The translations under genes and the position numbers were made by a program. Source: Patescibacteria group bacterium (lineage in GTDB: Bacteria; Patescibacteriota; Patescibacteriia; UBA9934). From it: DNA of 64,000 nucleotides. The stretch is taken from the NCBI GenBank assembly GCA_049296775.1, contig JBAQTB010000001.1, positions 160,992 to 224,991 of the forward strand. Reading direction: 5' to 3'. The notes beneath the pieces were generated by a model. The model made no database searches. It was not told the origin of the DNA and saw only the letters and a program-made list of their open reading frames with translations. Positions 9,665 to 19,565 of the stretch are shown one piece after another (position 1 is the first letter of the stretch; the number at the start of each line of letters is the position of its first letter).

Positions 9665-12543
9665 ATGTCCTGTTCGGAAACTCGGAAGTTGGTTTGATGT
9701 TTAACGTCTGGCTGCTCCACTAGGTCCAAGGTCGAGGATAAAGTGTCGGCTAATAATGACGTCATATATTCCTCAAGCATGGTTGTGACCTCAGGCGAGG
9801 TCGACCAAACTTTGAGATTAATGCGGTCAGCAATAGTTAAGCCCGCGTCTTTGCGGAGGCCATTAACACGACGTGTCAGTTCGCGCGCCATGCCTTCACG
9901 TACCAATTCCGGAGTCAACGTCAGATCAAGTTCAACAGCAAGTTCTTCGCCCTTCAACACCGTAGCCTGCTTCACGTTAACTTCATCCAGAATAACACTT
10001 AAATAGTTCTTAGCGATCTGGCCGCTTGGCGTAACGATAGTAACGCTGCCAAGGACTTGTTTAACCGCCTTACCGGCCTGATCACGCACCTCCATAATAC
10101 GGGACACAATCGCGCGAACTTCACCCATAGCTTCAAGTGTCTTCTGATCGACCTTGGTGGCGACTGGCCAACTCTCAAGATGCACAGAATTACCCTGCCA
10201 AGCTGCTGCCGAGGCGTGTACGCCAACCACTTCCTGATACACAACCTCCGCCAAGAATGGCATAAACGGCGCCAACATCTTAGAGAAAGTTAACAAAGTT
10301 GTTCTCAAGGTCGCCAAGGCTTCAGCCCTATCCTCACCAGGAGTCTTCATCCGATCACGAGAACGTCTGACGTACCAAATCGACAGGTCGGTGATAAAAG
10401 ACTGCAACACTCTAGCCGCGTCCGCGAGTTCGTAAGCTTCAAAAGCTTGAGTCTGAGCGGTCAGAGTTTCGTTTAAACGGGCCTCAATCCAAGCATCCAG
10501 AACATGCTCATGATTAGGCTCACGACCGTCATCATGCTCAGCGTACAGCTTATAAAACGCAGTCACGTTTCTCAAAATAGTTATAAACTTCTTCCCCACT
10601 TCATCCACACCCGACTCGGCAAAGCGAATATTCTCAGCGCGTGTCACCGGCGTTGACATCAAATAGTAACGCACGGCATCTGCGCCGTATCGCTCCATGA
10701 CCACCATCGGGTCAGGATAGTTGCTCAAACGCTTGCTCATCTTCTTGCCGTCTTCAGCTAACACAATGCCATTAACGATCACGTTTTTGAACGCTGGCTG
10801 ATTGAATAAGGCCGTGGCCAAAACGTGCAAAGTGTAAAACCAACCGCGGGTCTGATCTTGTCCTTCCGCAATAAATTCAGCCGGAAACTTTTTAGCAAAA
10901 TCACCAGCGTTCTCAAACGGATAATGCAGTTGTGAATACGGCATGGAACCAGATTCAAACCAACAGTCCAGCACCTCCGGAATACGCCGGTACTCCCGAC
11001 CATCAACCGTAAAGGCCAAATTATCAATCACGTGTTTATGCAGATCATGCACCTCGTGACCAACCAATTGCTCTAACTCCGCTTTAGAGCCCAGGACAAT
11101 GATGTGACCGTCTTCCGAGCGCCATACCGGCAATGGCGTACCCCAAAAACGTGAGCGAGAAATCGCCCAATCTCTTGCCCCCTCCAGCCACTTACCAAAA
11201 CGACCCTGCTTCATGTTATCCGGCACCCAATTGATGGCCTGATTATTCTCAAGCAACGCCTCATTCATCTCCCCCACCTTTACAAACCACGACGTGGTCG
11301 CGTAATTCAACAGCGGAGTATCGCACCGCCAACAATGCGGATAACTGTGGGTGATTTTTTCTTTTGCAAAGAGTTTACCGTGATGTGCTAACCATTTGAT
11401 TAGCTGAATATCGATCTCGCTATATTTGTCCTTGGCCTTCATGGGAATACCCACCACCGTGTAACCCTCAGCCTCAAGTGGCTCAGACACTTCAGGTACA
11501 AACTGACCGTTCATGAGCACGTGAAAGAGCGGTTTTACATTTTCGGCCTCACCGAGTGCCATGTCATCCGCGCCGTAAGCAGGAGCAATGTGCACAATGC
11601 CAGTACCGCTTTCATCCGTCACAAAATCAGCTGCCACCACCCGGAAGGCGTTAGCGTGATTGCGGAAATACGGGAAGATAGGATCGTAAGTAGAGCCAGT
11701 TAATTTGTTGCCGATGAAAGTCTCCAGGACTGCATACTCCTGCTTGGCAAAAACCTGCTCAATCCGAGCAGTGGCGACCACATATTTTTGCTCCTTGCAC
11801 TCCACCAAGGAGTATTCCATGTCAGCCCCAACAGCCAGCAAAACATTGCCCGGCAGAGTCCACGGAGTAGTCGTCCAGATCAAGGCCTTAGCCCCAGCAT
11901 AAGCGCCGCTAGTCAGGTCAACCGCAACAGTCGTCGTAATATCGGTAACGTCCACGTAGCCTTGAGCAACCTCAAAGTTAGATAAAGATGTCTCACACCG
12001 CGGACAGATATGCATGGGTTTATGCCCCTCGTAAATCATGTCCTTGTTCCACAGCTCCTTGAAAACCCACCAAATAGACTCCATGAACGGCACGTCCATG
12101 GTGCGATAGGCGTTGTCCATATCTACCCAACGCCCCAATCTCCGAATCACCTTCTGCCAATCAGCGGCATACTCCAAAACTGTTGCCTCACAACTCTCAT
12201 TAAACTTACCCACGCCGTACGCCTCAATATCTTTTTTAGATTTTAAATCAAACTTTTTCTCCACGATATTTTCGATCGGCAAACCATGGCAATCCCAACC
12301 CCACCGGCGTTCCACCCGGTAACCCCGCATCGTCCAAAAACGTGGCACCACGTCCTTCATGACACTCGCCACAATATGACCGTAATGCGGCAATCCCGTA
12401 GCAAAAGGCGGGCCATCATAAAAAGTATACGGCTGCGTCACCGGACGCTCGGATACAGAGCGCTCAAAGATTTTGTGCTGTTCCCAATAGGCTAGCACCT
12501 CATGTTCCTGAGCAGAATGGAGAGATTTTTGGACATCGGACAT
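9649..12543 (-). CDS. ileS: isoleucine--tRNA ligase
   Basis: 964 aa; HIGH motif PHYGH, KMSKS motif KMSKR; class I aaRS editing-domain architecture. Confidence 0.95.
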   Translation of the reverse strand: MSDVQKSLHSAQEHEVLAYWEQHKIFERSVSERPVTQPYTFYDGPPFATGLPHYGHIVASVMKDVVPRFWTMRGYRVERRWGWDCHGLPIENIVEKKFDLKSKKDIEAYGVGKFNESCEATVLEYAADWQKVIRRLGRWVDMDNAYRTMDVPFMESIWWVFKELWNKDMIYEGHKPMHICPRCETSLSNFEVAQGYVDVTDITTTVAVDLTSGAYAGAKALIWTTTPWTLPGNVLLAVGADMEYSLVECKEQKYVVATARIEQVFAKQEYAVLETFIGNKLTGSTYDPIFPYFRNHANAFRVVAADFVTDESGTGIVHIAPAYGADDMALGEAENVKPLFHVLMNGQFVPEVSEPLEAEGYTVVGIPMKAKDKYSEIDIQLIKWLAHHGKLFAKEKITHSYPHCWRCDTPLLNYATTSWFVKVGEMNEALLENNQAINWVPDNMKQGRFGKWLEGARDWAISRSRFWGTPLPVWRSEDGHIIVLGSKAELEQLVGHEVHDLHKHVIDNLAFTVDGREYRRIPEVLDCWFESGSMPYSQLHYPFENAGDFAKKFPAEFIAEGQDQTRGWFYTLHVLATALFNQPAFKNVIVNGIVLAEDGKKMSKRLSNYPDPMVVMERYGADAVRYYLMSTPVTRAENIRFAESGVDEVGKKFITILRNVTAFYKLYAEHDDGREPNHEHVLDAWIEARLNETLTAQTQAFEAYELADAARVLQSFITDLSIWYVRRSRDRMKTPGEDRAEALATLRTTLLTFSKMLAPFMPFLAEVVYQEVVGVHASAAAWQGNSVHLESWPVATKVDQKTLEAMGEVRAIVSRIMEVRDQAGKAVKQVLGSVTIVTPSGQIAKNYLSVILDEVNVKQATVLKGEELAVELDLTLTPELVREGMARELTRRVNGLRKDAGLTIADRINLKVWSTSPEVTTMLEEYMTSLLADTLSSTLDLVEQPDVKHQTNFRVSEQDIWIGF

Positions 12544-12587
12544 ATAGGCAATAGTCTAGTGCTTACGCGCCCAAAAGTCGAGTGCAA

Positions 12588-12612
12588 CTAAAAGCCGCCT
12601 GGTGGGCGGCTA
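12588..12612 (-). terminator. rho-independent terminator after the esterase gene
   Basis: GCCGCC-cacca-GGCGGC hairpin followed by TTTTAG on the minus strand. Confidence 0.45.
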
Positions 12613-12625
12613 TTGTGAAGTGAGT

Positions 12626-13672
12626 TTATAGACTATGCTGCTCGAAAAATGGCCAGAAAATATCGACTACGGCAAAGCGGAAGTTATTGCCGTTGGGGTA
12701 CTGATGCTGCATGCGGGGAACTATGAAAAACTGGAACTCATTCGTCGCCCCCAACAAAGACGTGGAATACGTAAAGTGCGCGGTATTGTAAGCGGTATCA
12801 AAAGTATATTCATCCGCCAAGCCCTCAAACCCCAACCACCCCCGCACCATCCGCTCCTTCAACACTCCCCCATCTTGCACCGCCGATTCATCAGTTGCAA
12901 ACGCGTCAACGCCGGCACCATGAGTCAGCTTCTGATCATCAGCCCCAAGCATGATCATGACTGGCCGTGGTACAAAATTATCGATCTCGCCAGCTTGTCT
13001 GCTAGCCACAGTTTCATCTGACAAATGTCCGGAACTAGTGAGCGCAATCGCTGCAAATAAATCCGGAGCGTTAACAGCTAGCTCCCCCGCGAACGCTCCC
13101 CCGTTTGAAAATCCAGACGCGTAAACACGACTAGTGTCAGTCGCATAATTATCTTTCACAAAGCTGACTAGAGCCCGCGTAAAAGCTACGTCATCCTGCA
13201 GCACTTGGTCAGGATAAGCGGGATCCAATTTCTGAGCAAAGTCTTCCGTGTTCCACTGCGTCTTATGCTCTGCCACGTTCTGAACTACCTGCCCGTGCTT
13301 AACTTTATCATCAGCAAAGACGTGATACTTAAGGCCAGTTGGAAAAGCCACCATAATCCCTTCGGCGTCAGCCATCTTCACCCAACCAGACTCTCTAAAC
13401 ATCAGAGAGCCACTCCCATTAGAGCCGTGAAACATCACCACTAGTGGCAACGTCTGCTCAACGGCGACATTGGTCGGACGGTACACTATGAATTCACGCA
13501 TGACACCATCAACTTCCAATCTATAAGTCTGTTTACCATTAGCTGGAATAGGATTTTCGCCCGTACCACCAATTCTACCCGTGCCTGAGTCCGGCACTTT
13601 TAACAGGAAGATCGATCCGACAATCGCCACCACCATCATCAGCGCCACTACGGCCCACATTAATTTCTGCAT
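12626..13672 (-). CDS. secreted alpha/beta-hydrolase, PHB-depolymerase/LpqC-like esterase
   Basis: N-terminal TM/signal; GFSNGG (GxSxG) nucleophile elbow. Confidence 0.6.
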   Translation of the reverse strand: MQKLMWAVVALMMVVAIVGSIFLLKVPDSGTGRIGGTGENPIPANGKQTYRLEVDGVMREFIVYRPTNVAVEQTLPLVVMFHGSNGSGSLMFRESGWVKMADAEGIMVAFPTGLKYHVFADDKVKHGQVVQNVAEHKTQWNTEDFAQKLDPAYPDQVLQDDVAFTRALVSFVKDNYATDTSRVYASGFSNGGAFAGELAVNAPDLFAAIALTSSGHLSDETVASRQAGEIDNFVPRPVMIMLGADDQKLTHGAGVDAFATDESAVQDGGVLKERMVRGWLGFEGLADEYTFDTAYNTAHFTYSTSLLGATNEFQFFIVPRMQHQYPNGNNFRFAVVDIFWPFFEQHSL

Positions 13673-13742
13673 ACGTGCGAGTTTAATTACAAGCAGTTTA
13701 ACACTCCTGTAGCCTTAAACCCCACCAACCCCCAGGCGTTAA

Positions 13743-15134
13743 CTAAATACGGCCGTATTCGTCAGAAAAACGCTCAATATCATCCTCACCAAAATACGTA
13801 CCCGTTTGGACTTCAATAAACTCAAGTGGCTCGTCCGCATGATTCCAAATTCTGTGTTTAGTCCCAGCCGGCACCGTAATATGGTCACCCGCTTTCACCA
13901 CCGAACTCACGTCATCTAACGTCACCGTGCCGGTACCCCGTGTAATCGTCCAATTCTCACTGCGGTGTTGATGACGCTGGTAAGACAACAATTTACCGGG
14001 ATGCAACAATAATCTTTTGCTCTTAAAGTTTTCCGTGTTGAGTAAAATTTCAAATCTGCCCCACGGACGCTCCTCAAAGGTATGCTCTTTAAGTTCTGGC
14101 GCGTTCTCGGCTGACAAACGTTGGACGATCTGTTTCAAGCCCTGGCCGCTACCGGCCTTCATGATCAATAAAGCGTCTGGAGTGTCCACCGCAATCACAT
14201 CATCTAATCCCAAAAATACGGCCCGCTTAGCCTGCGGCGTGACAGACAAGTAAGCGTTGCGGGCGGCGTCCACTTCTAAAATCGATTCGGCCCGACTCCG
14301 TCTAGCCACCACGTCTTCCCAGCTCCCGACATCGGCCCAATCACCCAAATGCGGCACCGCTAAAATACCAGTGATCTTCTCCATGATCCCCACATCAATG
14401 GCGACCTTTGGCAAAGCGGCAAAAACTTCGGCTAAGTTGGTTAAATCCGCATCCAGTGTATTGATACGCTCCCATAACTCCGGCAAATGCGTAGCAAAAT
14501 GTTCGGCCATAACTTTAGCCGGAAAGAAAAACATACCCGCATTCCAGGCCACGTTACCTTGAGCCAATAAATTCTGTGCCGTAGCTAAATCTGGTTTTTC
14601 AATAAATTTAGTGACTCGTTGACCAGTTGGAAGGTCGGAGTCAGCCTGAAGGGCTAAATATCCGTAGGCCGTCGATGGAAAAGTTGGGCTTATTGCAATT
14701 GTCACTACCGTCTGCTGACTTTCAGCTAGGGCATAAGCAAGTTCGGCCGCTTGTCTGAAAGCTTCCGTGTCCGCCATGACGTGATCGGCATGAAAAGATC
14801 CAACAATTGTCTCGGGATCCTGGCGTAACGCAATTAAAGTCAAAAGTGCTACGGCCGCAGCCGTGTCCCTAGCCACCGGCTCCCCCACCACCCGTGTCTG
14901 TTTATTAAATCGAGACAACAACGTCCGGGTACTATCCCCATGTTGTGCACCGGTGAGGATAACTATGGGCAAATTTAACAGCTCAACACGGTTCAAAGTG
15001 TCGATCAATAACGGCTGACCCGTGCCGGCTAAATCATGAAATTGTTTAGGGAATTTTTCACGGGACAAAGGCCACAAACGTGTCCCATTACCACCACACA
15101 AAATCCCCGCTAAACGTGCTGACATACCTCTCAT
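13743..15134 (-). CDS. manC: mannose-1-phosphate guanylyltransferase / mannose-6-phosphate isomerase (bifunctional, cupin C-terminus)
   Basis: GGNGTRLWPLS nucleotidyltransferase motif; C-terminal cupin; track ORF runs to 15248 but overlaps rpiB, so the internal start MRGMSAR (~15134/15125) is more likely. Confidence 0.8.
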   Translation of the reverse strand: MRGMSARLAGILCGGNGTRLWPLSREKFPKQFHDLAGTGQPLLIDTLNRVELLNLPIVILTGAQHGDSTRTLLSRFNKQTRVVGEPVARDTAAAVALLTLIALRQDPETIVGSFHADHVMADTEAFRQAAELAYALAESQQTVVTIAISPTFPSTAYGYLALQADSDLPTGQRVTKFIEKPDLATAQNLLAQGNVAWNAGMFFFPAKVMAEHFATHLPELWERINTLDADLTNLAEVFAALPKVAIDVGIMEKITGILAVPHLGDWADVGSWEDVVARRSRAESILEVDAARNAYLSVTPQAKRAVFLGLDDVIAVDTPDALLIMKAGSGQGLKQIVQRLSAENAPELKEHTFEERPWGRFEILLNTENFKSKRLLLHPGKLLSYQRHQHRSENWTITRGTGTVTLDDVSSVVKAGDHITVPAGTKHRIWNHADEPLEFIEVQTGTYFGEDDIERFSDEYGRI

Positions 15135-15215
15135 AATTAGCACAATTCCTACAATTGGGCAATTGTAAATCAAAGCCGCCGACCACACTCGATAAGTCCT
15201 ATATACTAGTGACAT

Positions 15216-15665
15216 ATGGTAACCACTGTTTATCTGGGAGCAGATCATGCCGGCTTTGGGTTGAAGCAGAGCTTAAAGGAGCATTTAGATATGTTGGGGT
15301 TTGTGGTTGAAGACCTGGGCGCCCACGAGCTCATCTCAGACGATGACTATCCGGAATATGCCAGTGCCGTTGCTCAAGCAGTACGGAAACATCCGGGATC
15401 GTTTGGGATTCTGTCATGCGGGAATGCAGAAGGCATTTGTATAGCTGCCAATAAATTTCAGGGCATCAGAGCTGGGATTGGTTATTCAAAAGCTGCGGCG
15501 CAAACCATGCGGTCAGATGACAATGCCAATATCCTCTGCCTGCCCGGACGCCTGCCAATCAATGATGATCCCTTAGAAGTAGCCGAGGTCTTTCTGCGAA
15601 CTCCATTTTCTCATGCGCCTCGTCATATCCGCAGATTAGACGAAGTAGCTAAGCTGGACAACTAA
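15216..15665 (+). CDS. rpiB: ribose-5-phosphate isomerase B
   Basis: LGADHAGFGLK and SCGNAEGICIAANKFQGIRAG RpiB/LacAB motifs. Confidence 0.85.
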   Translation: MVTTVYLGADHAGFGLKQSLKEHLDMLGFVVEDLGAHELISDDDYPEYASAVAQAVRKHPGSFGILSCGNAEGICIAANKFQGIRAGIGYSKAAAQTMRSDDNANILCLPGRLPINDDPLEVAEVFLRTPFSHAPRHIRRLDEVAKLDN

Positions 15666-15666
15666 T

Positions 15667-16308
15667 ATGCAAATCCTGCCAGGCGTGCTCGCCTACACTG
15701 AAGCTGAGTTCAAGCAGCATCTCCTCTTTCCTGACTTCCGCGGCGTAGCACCCATGTTTCATATCGACGTCCTGGATGGCACAATGTTTAATGCCAAGTG
15801 CTGGGCGGAGGCTAAAGTTATTGGCGACTGGAAAAATTTGCCCGACATAGAGTTGCACTGCATGGTGGAAGATCCGGTAGCAGTAGCCGATGACTGGCAT
15901 CTTCATGTCCCAACCCTGAAACGGGTCATCTTTCACGCTGAGATTCACTCCCCGCTGCCAACAGTCATCAAACGTTTGCGGGCCCTGCCGGTCGAGATCG
16001 TGGTCGCTGTCAATCCGCTGACTCCGGTCGATCTTCTCAAAGGTCTAGAGATCGACGGCCTCATGATCATGGGAGTAGAGCCCGGCAAAAGTGGCCAACC
16101 TTTTTTGGGTGATGCTATTACTGCCAAAGTCAAACGGGCCAAGGCACTCTTCCCGCAACTGACAATTGCAGTCGACGGTGGCGTGACCGCACAGAATATC
16201 GGGAGTCTCAAAGCAGCTGGAGCTGATCGTTGCGTCGCTAGTTCTGCTATCTGGGGCGACCCTCACCCACTTGAGGCGTATCACGCTCTCCACAGTCGGG
16301 TGGACTGA
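15667..16308 (+). CDS. rpe: ribulose-phosphate 3-epimerase (divergent)
   Basis: FHIDVLDG, GVEPGKSGQPF and AVDGGV resemble Rpe motifs; adjacent to rpiB and transketolase. Confidence 0.6.
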   Translation: MQILPGVLAYTEAEFKQHLLFPDFRGVAPMFHIDVLDGTMFNAKCWAEAKVIGDWKNLPDIELHCMVEDPVAVADDWHLHVPTLKRVIFHAEIHSPLPTVIKRLRALPVEIVVAVNPLTPVDLLKGLEIDGLMIMGVEPGKSGQPFLGDAITAKVKRAKALFPQLTIAVDGGVTAQNIGSLKAAGADRCVASSAIWGDPHPLEAYHALHSRVD

Positions 16309-16404
16309 GGACTTTTTGTCTACAGGCGAATTGTGATATACTCATTGTAGGTTTTTTACCATAAAAAGTTACGTTCTTTACGTATTCATCCTTAACTTTA
16401 GGCT

Positions 16405-17235
16405 ATGACTCTCACTCGTACCCGCGTCACCCTTGGTGCAGCCGCCATGCTGTGTGCCGTCGCAGCGTCCGTACTGGCGTTTGCAGTGCCACAATCCCAA
16501 GCCGCTACTGTCATTAACAGTGGTGACCTAATCCGTGGCCAATCTTTTTCTGCAGTTTACTACGTTGGTGCAGATGGTTTCCGCTACGTATTTCCAAACG
16601 ACAAAGCTTATTTTACTTGGTACACCAACTTTGACACCGTTAAGGTCATCACTGACGCTGAGTTGTCTAAGATTCAAATCGGCGGCAACATCACTTACAA
16701 GCCAGGCGTAAAGATGGTGAAGATCAACACTGATCCTAAAACTTACGCCGTGGATGCAGGTGGAACGTTGCGTCACGTTGGTTCTGAGGCAGTGGCTGTA
16801 GCGCTTTACGGCTCCGCCTGGAACACCAAGATCGACGATATCGCTGACGGCTTCTTCCCTAACTACACCATTGGCAGCGCAATTACGATGATCACCGCCG
16901 ACCACACCAGTGAATCATTCTATTCGACCACTGAGGCGATGGCAGGAGCATCTAGTATTAATACTGATAAAGAGCTTCAGGTATCAGCTGATATCTCGAT
17001 CACTGATAATGGCTTCGTTCCGGAACTAATTGAAGTGGAAATTGGTCAGTCTATTCGGTTTACAAATAACGGCTCAGTAAATCATACTGCAACCGCTGAT
17101 GACTTGAGCTGGGGCACAGGCACATTGAAGCCCGGTGAAAGCTTCATTAAGAAAGGTCAGATAATCATCGATAGCTCGATGGACACGTACTTTGACAGTT
17201 ACGATAGCTCGAATACAGGCACAATTCAGTTCTAA
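16405..17235 (+). CDS. secreted hypothetical protein (possible cupredoxin-like C-terminal domain)
   Basis: Signal peptide AMLCAVAASVLAFAVPQSQAAT; no confident family. Confidence 0.45.
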   Translation: MTLTRTRVTLGAAAMLCAVAASVLAFAVPQSQAATVINSGDLIRGQSFSAVYYVGADGFRYVFPNDKAYFTWYTNFDTVKVITDAELSKIQIGGNITYKPGVKMVKINTDPKTYAVDAGGTLRHVGSEAVAVALYGSAWNTKIDDIADGFFPNYTIGSAITMITADHTSESFYSTTEAMAGASSINTDKELQVSADISITDNGFVPELIEVEIGQSIRFTNNGSVNHTATADDLSWGTGTLKPGESFIKKGQIIIDSSMDTYFDSYDSSNTGTIQF

Positions 17236-17320
17236 GAAATAATCTCGACCTAAAAAGATGCGCAGTGATGCGCATCTTTTGCTATCTGTGTGGATTGTTC
17301 AGTGCTATACTTCAAGCAAT

Positions 17321-17710
17321 ATGAAACTCATCCATTGGATAATTTTTGCGCTGGCGTTCTGGGTTATTTTGGTGCCGTTTATTGGAGATGATATTTTTTA
17401 CACGTTAGCACCTAACACCACCGCTACTACCACGGACTTGGTACGTTTATTACGCTGGGACGATCTATTTATCGGCCTAGGCATAGCCGTGATGGCGCTC
17501 GTGGTAGTTATGCTAGAGCAACCCACGGTACGCACGGCCGGATTACGCGCCATGCACTGGATGCAATTCGGTCTAGGCACCTGGATTGCAACTGCTCCAT
17601 TTGCGCTAGATTTTGACATGACCGCTTTCACATGGTCGCACTTTGTGACTGGTTTCTTTGTAGCCATCTTTGCACTCATCCAGCTCAATCTCGAGGGCGC
17701 TAAACACTAA
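17321..17710 (+). CDS. small integral membrane protein
   Basis: Four predicted TM helices; start placed at MKLIHW. Confidence 0.4.
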   Translation: MKLIHWIIFALAFWVILVPFIGDDIFYTLAPNTTATTTDLVRLLRWDDLFIGLGIAVMALVVVMLEQPTVRTAGLRAMHWMQFGLGTWIATAPFALDFDMTAFTWSHFVTGFFVAIFALIQLNLEGAKH

Positions 17711-17717
17711 TCAGCGT

Positions 17718-18602
17718 ATGCCTCACGTTCGTCAAACCATCGCACCCGTCACTGATGCCAAATTACGTAAACTAGAATTACTAGCTAACGATATTCGTCA
17801 GGATGTTTTGCGTATGCTGACCAAGGCTGGCAGTGGGCATTCGGCCGGACCGCTCGGGATGGCGGATATTTTTACCGCGCTCTACTTCCACGTCCTACAA
17901 CATGACGCCAAGAAACCACATTGGGCAGATCGGGATCGACTCTTTCTCAGTAACGGTCACATTGCCCCCATCCGGTATGCCAGCATGGCCTACGCTGGTT
18001 ATTTTCCAAAACAAGAATTAAATACGCTCAGACAATTTGGCTCCAGGCTGCAGGGTCATCCGGAATACCGTACTTTACCGGCTCTAGAGAATACTTCCGG
18101 ACCGCTCGGAGATGGTTCGTCTCAAGCCGTGGGTGCCGCTTATGCCGGCAAATTAGATAAAGCGCCGTGGCACGTTTACTGCGTCATGTCAGATGGTGAA
18201 TTAGCCGCTGGTATCACCTGGGAAGCGGCCCTGTTTGCCAGCAAGTATCAGCTGCACAATCTCACTTGGATCATTGATCGCAACAACATCCAGATCGACG
18301 GCTACACAGAAGACATCATGCCCCTTGAACCTCTACACGATAAATTTGCTGCCTTTGGCTTCAACGTCATAGAAATCGACGGCCATAATCAGCGGGAGTT
18401 CATTGAAGCCTGTGATCGCTCAAAAGCTACCTGGGAAGCCCCGACAGTCATCATTGCCCATACGATTCCAGGCAAAGGCGTGAGTTACATGGAATTTGAG
18501 CCGGCTTGGCATGGCAAACCCCCACAGCCTGGACAGGAAATTACTGCGGCTCTGAAAGAATTACGAACGCTCCACGGACAGATTAAATCAGAAATGGAAT
18601 AA
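17718..18602 (+). CDS. transketolase, N-terminal (TPP-binding) subunit
   Basis: MLTKAGSGHSAGPLGMADIFTALYF; split-transketolase N subunit; start at MPHVRQ. Confidence 0.85.
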   Translation: MPHVRQTIAPVTDAKLRKLELLANDIRQDVLRMLTKAGSGHSAGPLGMADIFTALYFHVLQHDAKKPHWADRDRLFLSNGHIAPIRYASMAYAGYFPKQELNTLRQFGSRLQGHPEYRTLPALENTSGPLGDGSSQAVGAAYAGKLDKAPWHVYCVMSDGELAAGITWEAALFASKYQLHNLTWIIDRNNIQIDGYTEDIMPLEPLHDKFAAFGFNVIEIDGHNQREFIEACDRSKATWEAPTVIIAHTIPGKGVSYMEFEPAWHGKPPQPGQEITAALKELRTLHGQIKSEME

Positions 18603-18605
18603 CTT

Positions 18606-19565
18606 ATGAAAAAGCTAAATAACAAACTTGTAAAACCCGCTCTAGCCATCAGTCTAACCATCATTGTGCTAGCGGCTGGTGTAGCCGCCATGCCCAAGAT
18701 GCGGTCCACGGACAACGTCTCGTTTTTGCCAGGCATCATGATGGACTCGGACTCCACCAAAGCCGGCGGAGCCAACGGCGAGGTGCGTCTTGGCTACGCA
18801 GAAGAAAGCATGCTCGCGGCTGACAGTTATTACATGCCCTCCCCCACGCCACCCACGGGTTACGGTGGTCAAACAGCCGCCGAGGCAGAACAACGCATCA
18901 TCAAAACGGCGGATTTAGCTCTGGGAGTTGACGGTGTCGCTGATAAAACTCAAGCCATTGCCACCTTAGCTACAGGCAAAGGCGGCTTTGTCCAATCATC
19001 AACTATCACAGAAGATACTGACGGCTACAAGCATGGCTATATCACCGTCAGAGTACCGAGCGACACTTTTGAGGCCAGTGTGGATGAGATCAAAAATCTC
19101 GCTGTCCGTGTAGACAGAGAATCAATCAACGGCACGGACGTCACCGAGCAATACACTGACCTAGAAGCTAGGTTACGCTCCGCCAAAGCACAGGAGGAAC
19201 AATATTTGCTCATCTTAACTAAAGCCGTGACCGTGCAAGACATCCTGTCTGTTCAGTCATATTTGCAAAACATCAGATACGAAATCGAAAGTTTACAAGG
19301 TCAACTCGACTCACTCGGCAATCAGACCAACTACTCCACCATTAGTGTTAGCTTGGAAGAAGAAGTGCGCGTGCAGGTCCCAACCGGAAAGTTTGATCTA
19401 GGCCGAGACATAAAATTAGCTTTGAAGTACGTCGTACTCCTAGCTCAGACGGCGTTAACGTACATTGTCTGGTTAGCGATTGTGGGTGGCGCGGTGATTC
19501 TGCCACTTGGACTGATCACAGCCTTGATTGTATGGGTCGTTCGCAAAATCGTAGCTCGACTCTAG
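18606..19565 (+). CDS. DUF4349 domain-containing protein
   Basis: N-terminal anchor, coiled-coil, DUF4349 signature NYSTISVSLEE, C-terminal TM helices. Confidence 0.65.
   Translation: MKKLNNKLVKPALAISLTIIVLAAGVAAMPKMRSTDNVSFLPGIMMDSDSTKAGGANGEVRLGYAEESMLAADSYYMPSPTPPTGYGGQTAAEAEQRIIKTADLALGVDGVADKTQAIATLATGKGGFVQSSTITEDTDGYKHGYITVRVPSDTFEASVDEIKNLAVRVDRESINGTDVTEQYTDLEARLRSAKAQEEQYLLILTKAVTVQDILSVQSYLQNIRYEIESLQGQLDSLGNQTNYSTISVSLEEEVRVQVPTGKFDLGRDIKLALKYVVLLAQTALTYIVWLAIVGGAVILPLGLITALIVWVVRKIVARL

Noticed and set aside
9743-12495. Numerous 60-90-aa ORFs inside ileS on both strands
   Set aside because: Internal to a 964-aa conserved aaRS gene.
12635-13444. ORFs 12635..13021 + and 13205..13444 + antisense to the esterase gene
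   Set aside because: Antisense, no RBS, poor composition.
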